Shown: in pieces, positions 22,937 through 35,330 of the stretch | How positions within the stretch are numbered: position 1 is the first letter of the stretch | How the letters are laid out: each line of letters begins with the position of its first letter | The notes under the pieces: model-generated | Databases searched by the model: none | What the model was told of the DNA's origin: nothing | Seen by the model: the letters and a program-made list of their open reading frames with translations, nothing else | NCBI GenBank assembly: GCA_003344405.1 | Contig: NOWV01000177.1 | Coordinates: 124,001-162,765, forward strand | Source: Trichoplax sp. H2 | Lineage: Eukaryota | DNA: 38,765 nucleotides | Direction of reading: 5' to 3' | Translations under genes and position numbers: made by a program

Positions 22937-24629
22937 ATGAACTGGATCGTTCTATTCCTAGTTGCCATCCTTTCCGCTAGTGATGGAGCTATACAGCCGA
23001 CACATTTCCAGCATCATAATTATAATCAGCTAACATCATTTATGAAACAGCAAGCAGCACGTTGCCCTTCCATTATGCGTTTATATGATATCGGTAAATC
23101 TCTTCAAGGTAGAACACTGTGGGTTATGGAAATTTCCGATCATCCGGGCAATCATGAAGCTGGAGAACCAGAAATGAAGTATGTCGGTAATATGCATGGC
23201 AACGAAGTCACCGGTCGCGAAATTCTATTACTATTGATAGAATACTTTTGTAGCAATTATAACATCGATTCTCGTGTTACACGGCTAATCAATTCGGTTC
23301 GAATGCATATAATGCCGACCATGAATCCTGATGGATGGGAAAAAGCAGTAGAAGGCGATTGGTCTGGTACTACAGGCCGTTATAATTCACGTGGGGTAGA
23401 TTTAAATCGTGATTTTCCTACACTACATGATATAGTTATTCGTCAAGGTCGCTACTATTTTGATTATAAAGCAAGACAGCAGGAAACAACCTTAGTTATG
23501 AATTGGATGAATGCATATCCATTTGTTTTATCAGCAAATTTCCATGGTGGTGCATTGGTAGCTAGCTATCCCTTAGATGACACGTTGTCTGGCCAAAGTG
23601 TCTATAGTACAACCCCTGATGATGATGTTTTTCGATCATTAGCTAAAACTTACTCCTATGCTCATCCTACTATGTGGAAAGGGCAAAGTTGTTCTCGTAA
23701 TTCTCGTAGTCACCAGAATAAAAGTTTCTCTAACGGAATTACCAATGGAGCTGCATGGTATGCCATATCCGGTAAGATAGATTGCTTCAACAGAATTCAT
23801 AAAATGGATCTGCATCGCATAATCAATTTTAATATCATGTATTAATTAATGCTTAAAAAATTACTTTCTTACTTACTATCATCTGTCTAGGTGGTATGCA
23901 AGATGTAAATTATTTAACTACCAATTGCTTTGAAATTACCATCGAAACGGGTTGTCAAAAGTATCCTTATGGAACAAGTCTACAAAAAGAATGGTTGAAT
24001 CATAAAAATGCCTTATTAAAGTATATCGAGCAAATACATCGTGGCATCAAAGGTTTCATACTTAATTCAAGTAATCAAGGAATTTATGGAGCTTCTCTCG
24101 TAATCCAGGTTAGTTAAGATAATCTGTATCCAAGTTTGAACTAGAGAGAAATTCGATAGCGCATAACTTTAATTTCCAAATATTGCGCATAAAGTGGTAC
24201 AGTAATCCTCCTAACTCATTAAAATTGTTAAACTGATAAATTATTTAAATATTGAAAAATGTCGTGCACTTTTCTTGTCTTACATAAAAATCCTATGCAC
24301 TAGCTTTAATTTATAAATTATACCAAGAAATAAGAATAAAATTTCAAATATTTCATGCCTGTATAAGATGCTTTATAGAATTAGGAAAATTTAATTCGGA
24401 GTCATCTTAGGCTCATTTTTCTATTTCTTGTGTCTAATAGGGTAGAAATAAAATCATTTATGCTACAGAGTATGGTGACTATTGGAGACTATTGCTTCCA
24501 GGAACATATAAGGCTACAGTATCCTATCCTGGTTATATTAGTGTCACTAAAACGGTGACAGTTACCTCCGGAGCTACCAAGCAAGTTAATTTTACTCTCT
24601 CTCGTCAAGTTTACCCTACAGGTCAATAA
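22937..24629 (+). CDS. Secreted M14B (N/E-type; CPD/CPE/CPM/CPN-like) zinc carboxypeptidase, single catalytic domain + transthyretin-like domain, 413 aa
   Basis: Exons are 22937-23771, 23891-24108 and 24441-24629 (GT-AG; phases 1 and 0; 1242 nt; stop TAA at 24627-24629). Features: signal peptide MNWIVLFLVAILSASDG; zinc ligands in NMHGNE and NFHGG; GRYN..DLNRDF; VASYPLDD; GITNGAAWYAISGGMQD (restored by splicing); catalytic Glu in FEITIETGC; C-terminal GDYWRLLLPGTY...VNFTL. Confidence 0.95.
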
Positions 24630-24669
24630 TTTTAGCATCTAGTGAGTAATCCTATCGAAAATATTAAGA

Positions 24670-24675
24670 AATAAA
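24670..24675 (+). terminator. Candidate polyadenylation signal of the carboxypeptidase gene
   Basis: AATAAA 41 nt after the stop codon. Confidence 0.5.
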
Positions 24676-24883
24676 TGTACTAGATATTATGATCCACGCA
24701 TTTGTAGTTTGATTTATTCGCCGGAAATTAAATATTGCTAATAAGTATTCTATAACCGTATAGTTCCAATATAGTAGATGTAATTACCTCATCTGCTAGA
24801 GAATTTGAGAAAATTTTAGATGAGATTTAAGATAAAAGGGGCTTTCGAACCACTTAGAACTATATAATGATAGAGCAATGCTA

Positions 24884-26107
24884 GCAGATATCGCACGTTT
24901 TGATTAATAAATGAATTGCAAGAGTCTAATTTACTCTAATTCACAAAAGAAGCTTCTAAATTTTTCGCGGATGTCTTTTGATTCATAGTTGTCATATTCT
25001 TGCTTAATAAATGTAATGATTAACTTTAAATTATTCGATGGCCGTTTCATTTCTGAAGAAATTATTATAAGTGCTTAAGCCTTATATGTAAGACAAAAAA
25101 TTTTTGTTTAATTTACTGTAACTACGCTTACTTTACAGTAAGCATCTGTAGAGAACAGATTAAGATAATTCTATCTGAATTCAATAATATATGAGCTAAG
25201 ATTTATCTATTTTTAATCTGCTTTAGCTATTCGCATTTCTTTATTTTGATAGTGGTCTAGTTTACCCGGGGTTTGCAGTATCTCAACGATACGGTCTTCT
25301 GTACGAATAACTAAGTTAACAGATAATACTTATGGTGCTTATTGCAGTTAAAGAACATATTGCTCTCATTTAGATTAGTCTTGTCGACTAAAGCAAGTTT
25401 TATGATATGTTAAAAACGTAGCATGTGATAATTAAATGACAATGACTANNNNNNNNNNNNNNNNNNNNGCAGATATCGCACGTTTTGATTAATAAATGAA
25501 TTTCAAGAGTCAAATTTACTCTAATTCACAAAAGAAGCTTCTAAATTTTTCGCAGATGTCTTTTGATTCATAGTTGTCATATTCTTGCTTAATAAATGTA
25601 ATGATTAATATTAAATTTTTCGATGGCCGTTTCATTTCTGAAGAAATTATTATAAGTGCTTAAGCCTTAGCGCAATAAATTTTGGAGTCATTAAATTGGG
25701 TATTTAAGTTCTATACACTGTTATCGTTCGCTTTACGGCCTCCATATGTAAGACAAAAATTTTTGTTTAATTTACTGTAACTACGGTTACTTTACAGTAA
25801 GCATCTGTAGAGAACAGATTAAGATAATTCTATCTGAATTCAATAATATATGAGCTAAGATTTATCTATTTTTAATCTGCTTTAGCTATTCGCATTTCTT
25901 TATTTTGATAGTGGTCTAGTTTACCCCGGGTTTGCAGTATCTCAACGATGCGATCTTCTGTACGAATGACTAAGTTAACAGATAATACTTATGGTGCTTA
26001 TTGCAGTTAAAGAACATATTGCTCTCATTTAGATTAGTCTTGTCGACTAAAGCAAGTTTTATGATATGTTAAAAACGTAGCATGTGATAATTAAATGACA
26101 ATGACTA
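24884..26107. repeat. Near-identical duplication flanking a 20-N scaffold gap (probable uncollapsed allelic overlap)
   Basis: 24884-25448 is repeated at 25469-26107 with a few SNPs and a 75-bp extra segment (25670-25744). The Ns at 25449-25468 sit exactly at the junction. Confidence 0.9.
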
Positions 26108-26497
26108 TTTATGTAAAGCCTGTAGCTTACTTAAAAACGTAATAAAATTCATTTAAATGGGGATAATCCAAATTGATATGCTAGCTATATTTGTAAACTG
26201 CTATCTCTGTTCAAAATTTAATTTACTTCAACAGTAATAATTAATTAACTACCCAAATTGAGCCGTAGTGCATATTAACTTTTATTATTGCATGCTATTC
26301 GGAAATTACAATATTGGCTAGAACGGTAGGCTAGTATAGGTCTATCTTACTTCATCATTAATAATTAATATATAATTATCTATATAAATTTAGCTGTCCT
26401 GCATATTAGCCACTTTTGTTGCAAGCTATTCAGCATTTAAAAATCTTGGCTAGGAGAATTGGTGAACATAGTTACCCTCTTGGCTTATTTATACAAA

Positions 26498-26967
26498 TGT
26501 AGGAAAACTAGATTATGTTGAGACCTCGGGTTAATAATATAGTAGATTAGCGGTGTTAGATACACCCTATTTTGTGTTATGGGTATCACAAACAAAAGTG
26601 AGGGATGACAATCATCCCTAACTAGGAGCCCTGCACTTGCAGGAGCCATATTGAACGCTAAGTAGAGTAAGGAATAGTATAGGGAAGATTAAGTAGGATT
26701 TTACTTAAATTGACTGAAACGGGAATTTAATCAACATGTTTGTTAATAATCCTTTCTATGAATGTATAAAAGGCCAACTCCTTTGAAGGGAAGATAGGTT
26801 AGTAGCCTTGAGCTAGCTGTGTATGTAGTTGTGTTATCTTAAGTTCTACTACTGTAATATTCAGCAATTACATTTGAGGTAATAAACTATTTTTAACCGC
26901 TACTTTGAGGGCTTACTTCGTTATGTGACTGGATATTGTAGGGCTGAAATTAGTACTTATTACTACA
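26498..26967 (+). mobile_element. Putative solo LTR, family C (470 bp)
   Basis: Inverted termini TGTAG...CTACA, with GTATAAAAGG at ~26764 followed by AATAAA at 26881. No matching TSD (ACAAA vs GAATA) and no second copy in the window. Confidence 0.5.
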
Positions 26968-27642
26968 GAATACTGTCAAGCATAAGACATTAAGATTGCA
27001 TAAATCGAATTCTATCTATGCTTGGGTAAAAGCTCGAGTCACTTTTCCATTTCTAAATGTGGCATGCTTAAGCTCGAATTCGAAATTAATGATCAAAATT
27101 TTCGACTGCAATCAAGACAGTACTTATAAATAAGCCAGCGGGAGAATGATTTTTTAACAGTTATCACGGCTCTTTATTTCCGTAATCTTAGCAAAACTCT
27201 AGCGATAGTTTAAAGAATTACTTGCAAGGAAAATTTTTTTCCATTGAGTATTTGTAGAATAGCAGTAGTTATTTAATGCTGATTAGAGCATTCCCGTTTT
27301 ACGCCTGTTTAATATCGATAAAACTCGTAGAATTCTTGCATTGCGTCAATGAATATCGAAAGAAATTTAAATTCTGAAATAAATTTTGAAAGTTGATTAA
27401 TTGCAATTGCTTGTCAAAAAGATCGTGAGGACAGAATTTGCACTTTGGATGCGTTAGTATGCAATAATCTTATAATAATTCATTAGCCTATGAGTACAAA
27501 TTTGAAGAAAAAATTGAGATACTTGGTAAAGAATTTGCTGATATTGAAAACGGAAAAGATGTTATGCTGAATTTTAAGGAAAAGGAAACCATTATATAAA
27601 ATTAAAGAGCAGAAATTACTTTGGAACCTATTAGAATTATCA

Positions 27643-28927
27643 TTATATCATTCTAAATATTCTATCAATGATTGAAATAAAAAAATTGATAATTGGATTA
27701 GAGCTATGGGTAATCTTAGAATATCGCGATCGAGGCGATAAGCATGATCTTAATTGAACGCCTAGTGATTGAAATGATTTATCTATAGCTAGTGTTAATT
27801 CAGGATCCAATTGATTTTGTTTCTGGTAGTAAGTTTGTTGTTTTTTGATCAGTTCAATAAGCTCTTTCAGTTGATTGTCACTATCAGCAAAAATGTCTTC
27901 ATTAGCCCACAGGAGGAAGTTATACATTTTCAATTTTCTCAAAGACTCATTTTCAAGTTTTGCAGCTTTTCGCTTTCCAGAACTTTTAGCTTTTTTTATA
28001 CTGATTTCACGGCGTATAGTTTGCATACGACGTAGCAATATTTTTAATTCTGTTGATACGGGCGGCTGGTTATCGCTATTAGCTTGTTGATTCGATTCAT
28101 CAAGGGAAGGACTACACTTGATAAAGGTTGCATTGACTATTTCATTTAGTTTCTGTGGATAATTTTCAGCCAAGGTATAAAAATCTCCCTTGTATTCTTC
28201 TTGAAATTGTTCTGACAGTGCCAAATGCAATTGCTGTTCAACGCATTGTAGATAGGGAGATGTAGAATAAGGTGGTAAGGGTAGCCGATCCTACAAGATT
28301 ATGAAATGAAAATGTTCAAGTTTTAGTGGTTAGTCTTATTGAATGACTTAAACTGATCAAGATGAGCTATTATTGATTGACACCGTAAATTTTTCTCATA
28401 TACTGTAAGTCATCACCATAATTTTAAATAATGATGCACAATTTGCAAAATTTTATCTATTTTTGTATTGAATAGCTCTGATTATTATACTAGCTTATGT
28501 CTGATCATAAACTAGTTTTAGTAATGTTATAAGATGGTTTTCGTCAAGTAAATGAGACTATTTTCTATCTAATCCTGAATTACGCAACATCCTCGAAGAC
28601 AGACCATGATGGCAGCTATTCGTGAAAATAATCAATTAAAATTAGCTTATCTGGAGCTTATTTAATCTTAAATTTTAGGACTAAATGGCTATTTCTTTAA
28701 AAATATAGTACAAATTAGCAACTTTAGAAGCTGGAGGATGCATCATGACATTTTATACAAGATTAAAATAGACAAAATTTAAATTTCGAGTGTTATCTAA
28801 CCTTCGCTGCAGAAGAATTGAATACTGAAATAAAGAAAGCCAAAAGAATAACAGGAACCAGTAAAAGAACAGCTTTGAATAAATTGCTGCTATCAGAAAA
28901 GAACGGCTTCGGACTTTCTTCAGTCAT
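27643..28927 (-). CDS. Hypothetical 257-aa helical protein with N-terminal signal/anchor (orphan)
   Basis: Exon 1 (28802-28927) encodes MTEESPKPFFSDSSNLFKAVLLLVPVILLAFFISVFNSSAAK with donor GTTAG. It splices in phase 0 via a TAG acceptor to exon 2 (27643-28290; DRLPLPPYSTSPYLQCVEQQLHL...IIDRIFRMI*). A 648-nt open exon is unlikely by chance at this AT content. Confidence 0.75.
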
Positions 28928-29131
28928 ACTTGCTAATTAGTCTATGCTAGAGTATTACCAAAATTAAAAGAGAAATTTAGTTAATGCATATCAAGTCAAA
29001 AATACCGAAGTTGCAACTCTTATTCTAGAAGCAAACATATGATAGAGATTCCAGCTTATTTTCTATGGCATATCAACTACAGATCGCTTTTTACTCTATC
29101 TACTTGATAGGACAATGTTCAATTAACGTAT

Positions 29132-29584
29132 TGTAGTAGTTTCAGCTAATTACAGCAGTAATTGAAGTACGGTAGCATTAAGAAGTAGAATAGTGTATAC
29201 TATACTTATAATGCAATTTTATGATTGTTGATGACGAAGCGGTGCACCTATACCAATCGTACTATGTGTATGTAAGGCCGCTCTAGTCGACTTATAAAAT
29301 TATGTTTTTATGTAATGTCTTGATATAACTGTTAGATAAAATGGAATTGTTATCGTGGAGATGAAGTCGTTTATGCGGTTTATCTTAGCCGCTTACGACT
29401 GTTACTTCGAGGGAAGAAACGTGGATTCTTTTTTTGTCAAGCCTTCTATTAATAAGCAATACTTTTAAAATTAAACACGGTGTTTGCCTGATCTTGTATC
29501 ACGGTATAGATTAGCTCAATTTTAACAATTCAGTTTAGATTGGATAATTGTAAACTTAAAGGGCTGCAAAATCCACGCACTACA
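29132..29584 (+). mobile_element. Solo LTR-like element, family B (453 bp)
   Basis: Termini TGTAG...CTACA with flanks CGTAT/GGTAT (5-bp TSD, one mismatch). Both halves align to the reverse complement of 35513-36511. Confidence 0.75.
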
Positions 29585-29899
29585 GGTATATACTGGATTT
29601 GAAAGGTAAGAAATGTAAAAATTAATCTTAAAGAATATATAATTTTAAGCCTATCTATAATAAATCACGTAGATGGTGAAATAATTAATTAAATAGTTGT
29701 ATTAACTAATAAATAGTATCACTGTGGAATACTGAAATTCAAATCGTCTAAAAATTTGAAAATGATCATCTTACAGGCACTAGCCCATGTCGGTCAAGTT
29801 AGGAGAATCAAAAGCTACGCATGATTTTTATATATATGTCATATATATATATATAGAACTACTGTTTCATCATATTGTGAAACTGCCGTTAGGAAGCAA

Positions 29900-30320
29900 T
29901 TGCAATAATTACAAAGACATCTTCCAGCTCTTATAATCATCTTATAGCAAGGAATTTGATTTAGACGGAAATCTAGAACGAAGTAATAATGTACATTGCA
30001 GGTAATGCATGAAAAGATGCTTGGCTATGGACTTTTTTAATATACATTTGTTTTAATGTGGACTATTTTAATAATGCCGGAGTTACGATACAGAATCCAT
30101 GTAATCATTGCGTAAAAAAGAATAAATTTTGATATTGATGGGCGTCAGAATGAAATCAGAAAGGATTGGTTGCTCTGGATAATCAAACTGTAGCTCTAAT
30201 TCATTATAGAATTGATTCAATAGCAAATTTGATGATTATACATTAGTGAAGTTGATTGCATTCATAATCATAGGGCAAATTATTTGATTTAAATAACTGA
30301 AACCGAGCTACATACTTCAT
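29900..30320 (-). pseudogene. Decayed LRR remnant
   Basis: Minus-strand fragments SLIIQSNQSF, IKKVHSQASFHALPAM and LDFRLNQIP fit the LxLxxNxI and Fxx(L)P LRR elements. They lie in different frames. Confidence 0.35.
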
Positions 30321-33300
30321 ATCGTTACTTTAGTAAACTTTCTTCCATTGCCGGTTGTTACAGTGTTAAATACTGTATTACAGTAGAAATATCTATGTTA
30401 GGATAATTCTGTTAGACTATCCTTATTTAGTTAACTTCTAATTTGGGTATACTGTGTTTTAATATAGCACTGACTTTTTATGACAGTGACACTTATACAC
30501 ATACTGAAATTATAATAGTTATAATAGGGAATGCAAATCATCTACTTACAGTTCGAATCATTGTGATTGTAATTTATTTATGGTAGACTGTAAATTATAA
30601 TGGAAATGTTCCATGATAGGACATATCGTAATCTGACTATTCTGTATTAGTCATTACATGTCTATATTCGTAAATACTGTTGTCTGCATTAAGAGAGCAG
30701 TAGCTAAAATTAATATCTAATTCAGTAAATGATTCCAATGTTAATTGTATTAACTATGACTCATGAACTATTGAGGAGTAGTATATAAATACAGTATATC
30801 GTGAAATAAAGAGAATTTCTCCAACTTAGTGTTTAACGTAAAATACGAGGCGTTCAAGTCTTTGTGTAATCTGCTAGTAGAGCAAAAGTGTTCGTGATAG
30901 TGCAGATATCGTTCCTTGATACGTGGTTCAAGGAATTGACTTATTGATCGTATATTGCGTTATCTTGTTGCAAAGCTGTTTTGTGACACCGGTATAGGAT
31001 ACCTTGGCCTTATTTAGGGTTTACATCATCAGCAATAGAAATTATTTTTAAAATAACGAAGAATGCCCTTTCTTTTATTGGATAGGGTCTCTAGATTGTT
31101 AGTTTTTTAGATTGTTGTGCCTGAGAAAAACAGTATTAGAGAAATATGTATAATTAGAGATTGTCAGTTATAGAAGTTGCTCTTTAAAATGATGAAACGA
31201 TGTCTTATACTTTTGTTGCATGCGGTCTTTTTAGATTGTGTTACCAGAGTAAATCAGTACTAAATAACAACAATTGAAGATTGCTAACGGAATTGCCGGA
31301 ATAGATTTACTGTTATGATTCAAAATAGTGCTGAGAAAAATCATGTTGGCCTAATGCGGCGTGAAACTGTCATTAAATTTGTGATAATCATCCATAGTAA
31401 TTATGAAAATAATTTGCAATCGTTTTCTAGACGGCCCAAATAGCCATTACTAGATTTTCAACTACTAATATTCGCGATCGATTTCACGTTAATTTTCCAA
31501 AATTTACTGTAGCTAGTAGAATGGCCATTCCACTAGTATAGCCTCTTTCACAATTTAATTTTGCACTATGCTGGTATCTAACAACATTTTTAATCATTCT
31601 GTTATCTATATCAAACTCTCATTGCATAGGCTATAAGCTAGTAAAGACTGAAGGAATCATCTTAAATTAATTATTAATGACTAAGATTTTTTATTAATTT
31701 TAAAATGAAAACTATCTCAAATACTAACATCTATTAATCGTCAATAAATAGGAAAAAGATTTGCAGATGTATCGAATTTGTGATACACGAGTACATTAAA
31801 TACATGATTGGTTGCAACAATTTCCCAGCAGAATAGGAAACATTTCTTAGAAATAAGACTATGAAATTGAAATGAAAGATAAAAGTATTCTAAAGTTAGC
31901 TAGGCGTTAGAGACATTATCCGACTTATAGGATTAAAAGCAGCGCTAAATAATCGAAATACTTTAACTTCTTATTGCCCTAAGATTTTATCGATGTTTTG
32001 TAGTCCAAGTAATGAGAATTGATAAAAAAATTTCTAGCAGTATCAATATACGAAAATATTGTATTCCTGGTTAGTTTCCCTCATTATTAACGATGTTACT
32101 ATCAATAAAGAGTCGCCGTAATCTTACATATGGGAACTAATTTTAAGAAAGACATGCTATCTTGAAATTTTACGCCAACGATAATTTTTTGACACTTTAA
32201 TTGAAAGCCATTATAGCTTTCTATAAGCTTGATATCATTTTAAATGGCAGAAACTGTCATCAGGGAAAGTGATTATTTTTAAAACATTGCTTCAAAACTA
32301 GGCTATGATAACATGATCTATTGATTCATGTATTTTTCCTATTTTAAAATGAATTATTTCGAGGAAACTATCTTTATGATATCTTATAGGTAAAATAGTA
32401 TTGCCTCAACATAGTAAGGTATATGTAAAGAGAATTTGGCTCGTTCGACTATTCGCTCTAAAATAGATCTTCACTGCTATCTTAACTTTGCTCGCCAGCA
32501 CAGATCATCACGTAATAATACGGATTTCTTTTGTAAAAAAAGGTCTATGATCAAGGACATGATCTACAAAAGTTTGATCATCATGCACGGTGATGATATA
32601 ATATAGGAAAATTGCTTCTTTCAAAAATCCTTTATGTAATCATACTCCGAAAAGGATGGTTATTCATGTCTAAAATAAGCAATTATGAATGGCTCGTATC
32701 TTCAACCTTAAAATGTTATAGCCATAAATTGTTTTGATAATTCTATACGAACATGATATCGAATTTGGGTGATTTTCATTTTATTCAGTTCAGGATAAAT
32801 CTGACTTCATCAAACTAGGAACATCCACTTTAGATTAATGATATTCTTTCAACTAGTAATGTATTAAAAGTGTATATAGACTGAATCAGTTTTTCAAATA
32901 GGTCAGTTTCGCAAGCAAATTTTGATTTAAAAATCAATCTATTTTATAGAGTTTTATAATCTTAATTCAAGGAATAGTAGGATAACATGGTTAGTAAAGT
33001 AGATGGAACTCTACATTTTAATGTTACTCTGTAACGTGCTTTCAAGTAGATAGGAATTGGAGGGAGTTTAATGCACGACTCTTTCAATAAAAGTTAGGCC
33101 TCATAGGACCTGAAAAATAACTGACAGATGAGCTAAGTAAACATTTTAATCAAAGTCATGATGAATAAGAAATTTCTATTCTTAAATTGATCAATTTGAA
33201 CTTGTAAAGAGTAATCTGTCGCGTTATCGATATGATGCGCAGGTTGCTTTAGTTAGCTAAATTAAATTCAAAAGACAATCCATTTATCAAAATCCTATCA

Positions 33301-33848
33301 TGATAGAACTTTGATTGCATGGACCGGAACAAAAAAAGTTCATCACGTAAGTATATTGGACTAACCTCAAAGTTAAACAGTGTGGTTGGACGGCCAGTTG
33401 CTGAAGTAAATTTACTAATAAGATAATTAAGTTGGAATGAGACTATAAAGAGGCATTATGATGAAGGAGTGGACAAGACGTTACCATGGAAATAATTGAA
33501 GATGTTATTTGCTCACTGTTATGCACGCTAATATTATTGATTTGACTCTCACAAACAAGGTTAGATGTATCTACAGCACGTTGATGCAATAAATCGAATT
33601 AAAATCAATAAGAATTTAGATATCAAATAGTAATTCTATGTCCAATCATCGTGTTATGGGCCTACATTGCAAATAATAGACCGTCCATCTTTAGTCTTTC
33701 ATGGATATTTCTCTGTGACAGCACATACGAGTACTTAGATTTAATTTTTTATCGATCTGATGGTAAACCTTTACTTTTGCGGCGGCGTTGATCAAACGAT
33801 GTTATTAATTTATTTGTTCCTATCACCATTGATTAAGCGTGTGATTCC

Positions 33849-34515
33849 GTGTACAAAATGTGGCCTAAGCTCAGTTTTTCTTCTTATTAGAGCCAATCTT
33901 CATATTTAATTTATCTTTAGTGGTAAGATAGATAAGTTTATGATAGTCATGCTAAATTACATCAGGATTAAAAATATCTATCGAGATATCGCTTAGGGTG
34001 AAAAAATATTAAGATTTTTAGACAGTTTTAGTTTAGTTTTGATGAGTTTTGATTTAGTGATTTTACAAAATGCCAAGTAATTTTGTAAAATGACGGATTT
34101 TTTAATAAATGCGGTAACAATTTTATTGTCAAAGTGAATGAGATGAAAGCACCTCTCCAAACTGATCAATTTTCCCCATCATTACTTGCTTTTAGATATA
34201 CATAACTCAGTGTACAAAATGTTGGCTGAGCTCAGTTTTTATTCAATGATAAGGTTAAGGTCTGCCTTAATATCTAATCTATTATCACCATTAGTGTTAA
34301 GACAAAAAAATTTACGAGAGCTATTGTTTCATACACCATGATTAAAAATAGCTATCTAAATATCACGTTGGGTAAAAACTATATTCATAATTTTAAGTAG
34401 TTTTAGATGAGATTAGATGAATTTTGATTTAGTGCTTTAAGCATCGACGTGATTAGGTTAAAAATTTTACTCCAAGATGATTAGTTTCAGCACCATTACT
34501 TGCGATTAGATATGA
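33849..34515. repeat. Diverged tandem duplication (~360-bp period)
   Basis: GTGTACAAAATGT..CT.AGCTCAGTTTTT occurs at 33849 and 34210. Shared blocks: GATTAAAAATA.CTATC, TTTTGATTTAGTG and CATTACTTGC..TTAGATAT. Confidence 0.8.
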
Positions 34516-35198
34516 TATCAGTAAATGTTAATTAATTAATATGATTGATAATAGAATATTTTTATCCCATTTATTTTCTTGTGCATATATATTTTAATTT
34601 TATGTAGTTTTAATTAAAGGTATAATCAGTCTAATTAACCTCACGTAGACTACTACCTTGATTGGTAAAGCGTTATTTAAAACTGCCGGTGGCAGTACGT
34701 AATTAAAAGCAGATGATCGTTGATAATCATTCGAGTTACCTTTTCTTTATAGTTTAAGCTCTTAACATAAGAGATAAGCATCATCTGGACATAAAAATTA
34801 TAATTTCATATAGCAAATGTAGACTTAAGTCTTTATTTTGTAAGTCTGTAAAGATGACAAGCCACATTTTATTTGAATTTCATAAAATCATAAGGACTGT
34901 TGCAATATCATTTAGACTAATTTTAAAGATAAAATGTAGCTTATCTAAATAAAATTAGATTAAAGCCGCAGAATTAATAACTAAAATCCTTTGAAAGAAT
35001 ATAATCAATGTAATTAAAAAATTAAAATCTTATAGAATGCCTTGATAAAACATTCTCATATTGTAATTACGCTACCGTAACCTATAGATATGGCTTGATT
35101 TTTAGATTTCCTTAATATTTGTAGACATTTAACGAATATATTAAGCGGAAAGGATATTTTTAGCAAGATATAAACGGGAATTTTTTGTAATCTATGAT

Positions 35199-35330
35199 AC
35201 TATATTTCATAGTTCAAAGCTTGGAATAATATTTAGTAGTCATAAAGGCGGTCTTAACGATTTATTATAATTCTCACTATATTTTTAGTTCAAAGCCTGG
35301 AATAATATTTAGCAGTCAGGAAGCGGTCTT
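35199..35330. repeat. Two ~55-bp direct repeats, 77-bp period
   Basis: ACTATATTT..TAGTTCAAAGC.TGGAATAATATTTAG.AGTCA....GCGGTCTT at 35199 and 35276. Confidence 0.85.

Noticed and set aside
23772..23845. C-terminus KIDCFNRIHK... of the 302-aa ORF, and 23896-24117 as a separate gene
   Set aside because: This is intron read-through. Splicing 23771 to 23891 restores the conserved SGGMQD motif.
27400..27640. Protein-like plus-strand frame (NSLAYEYKFEEKIEILGKEFADIENGKDVML...)
   Set aside because: It contains stops and has no start or splice context and no recognisable family. It may be a remnant but cannot be supported.
30800..33500. Exon-like segments (30800-31330 minus) and protein-like fragments (32400-33500 plus)
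   Set aside because: All frames contain stops and I recognised no family. A translated search is needed.
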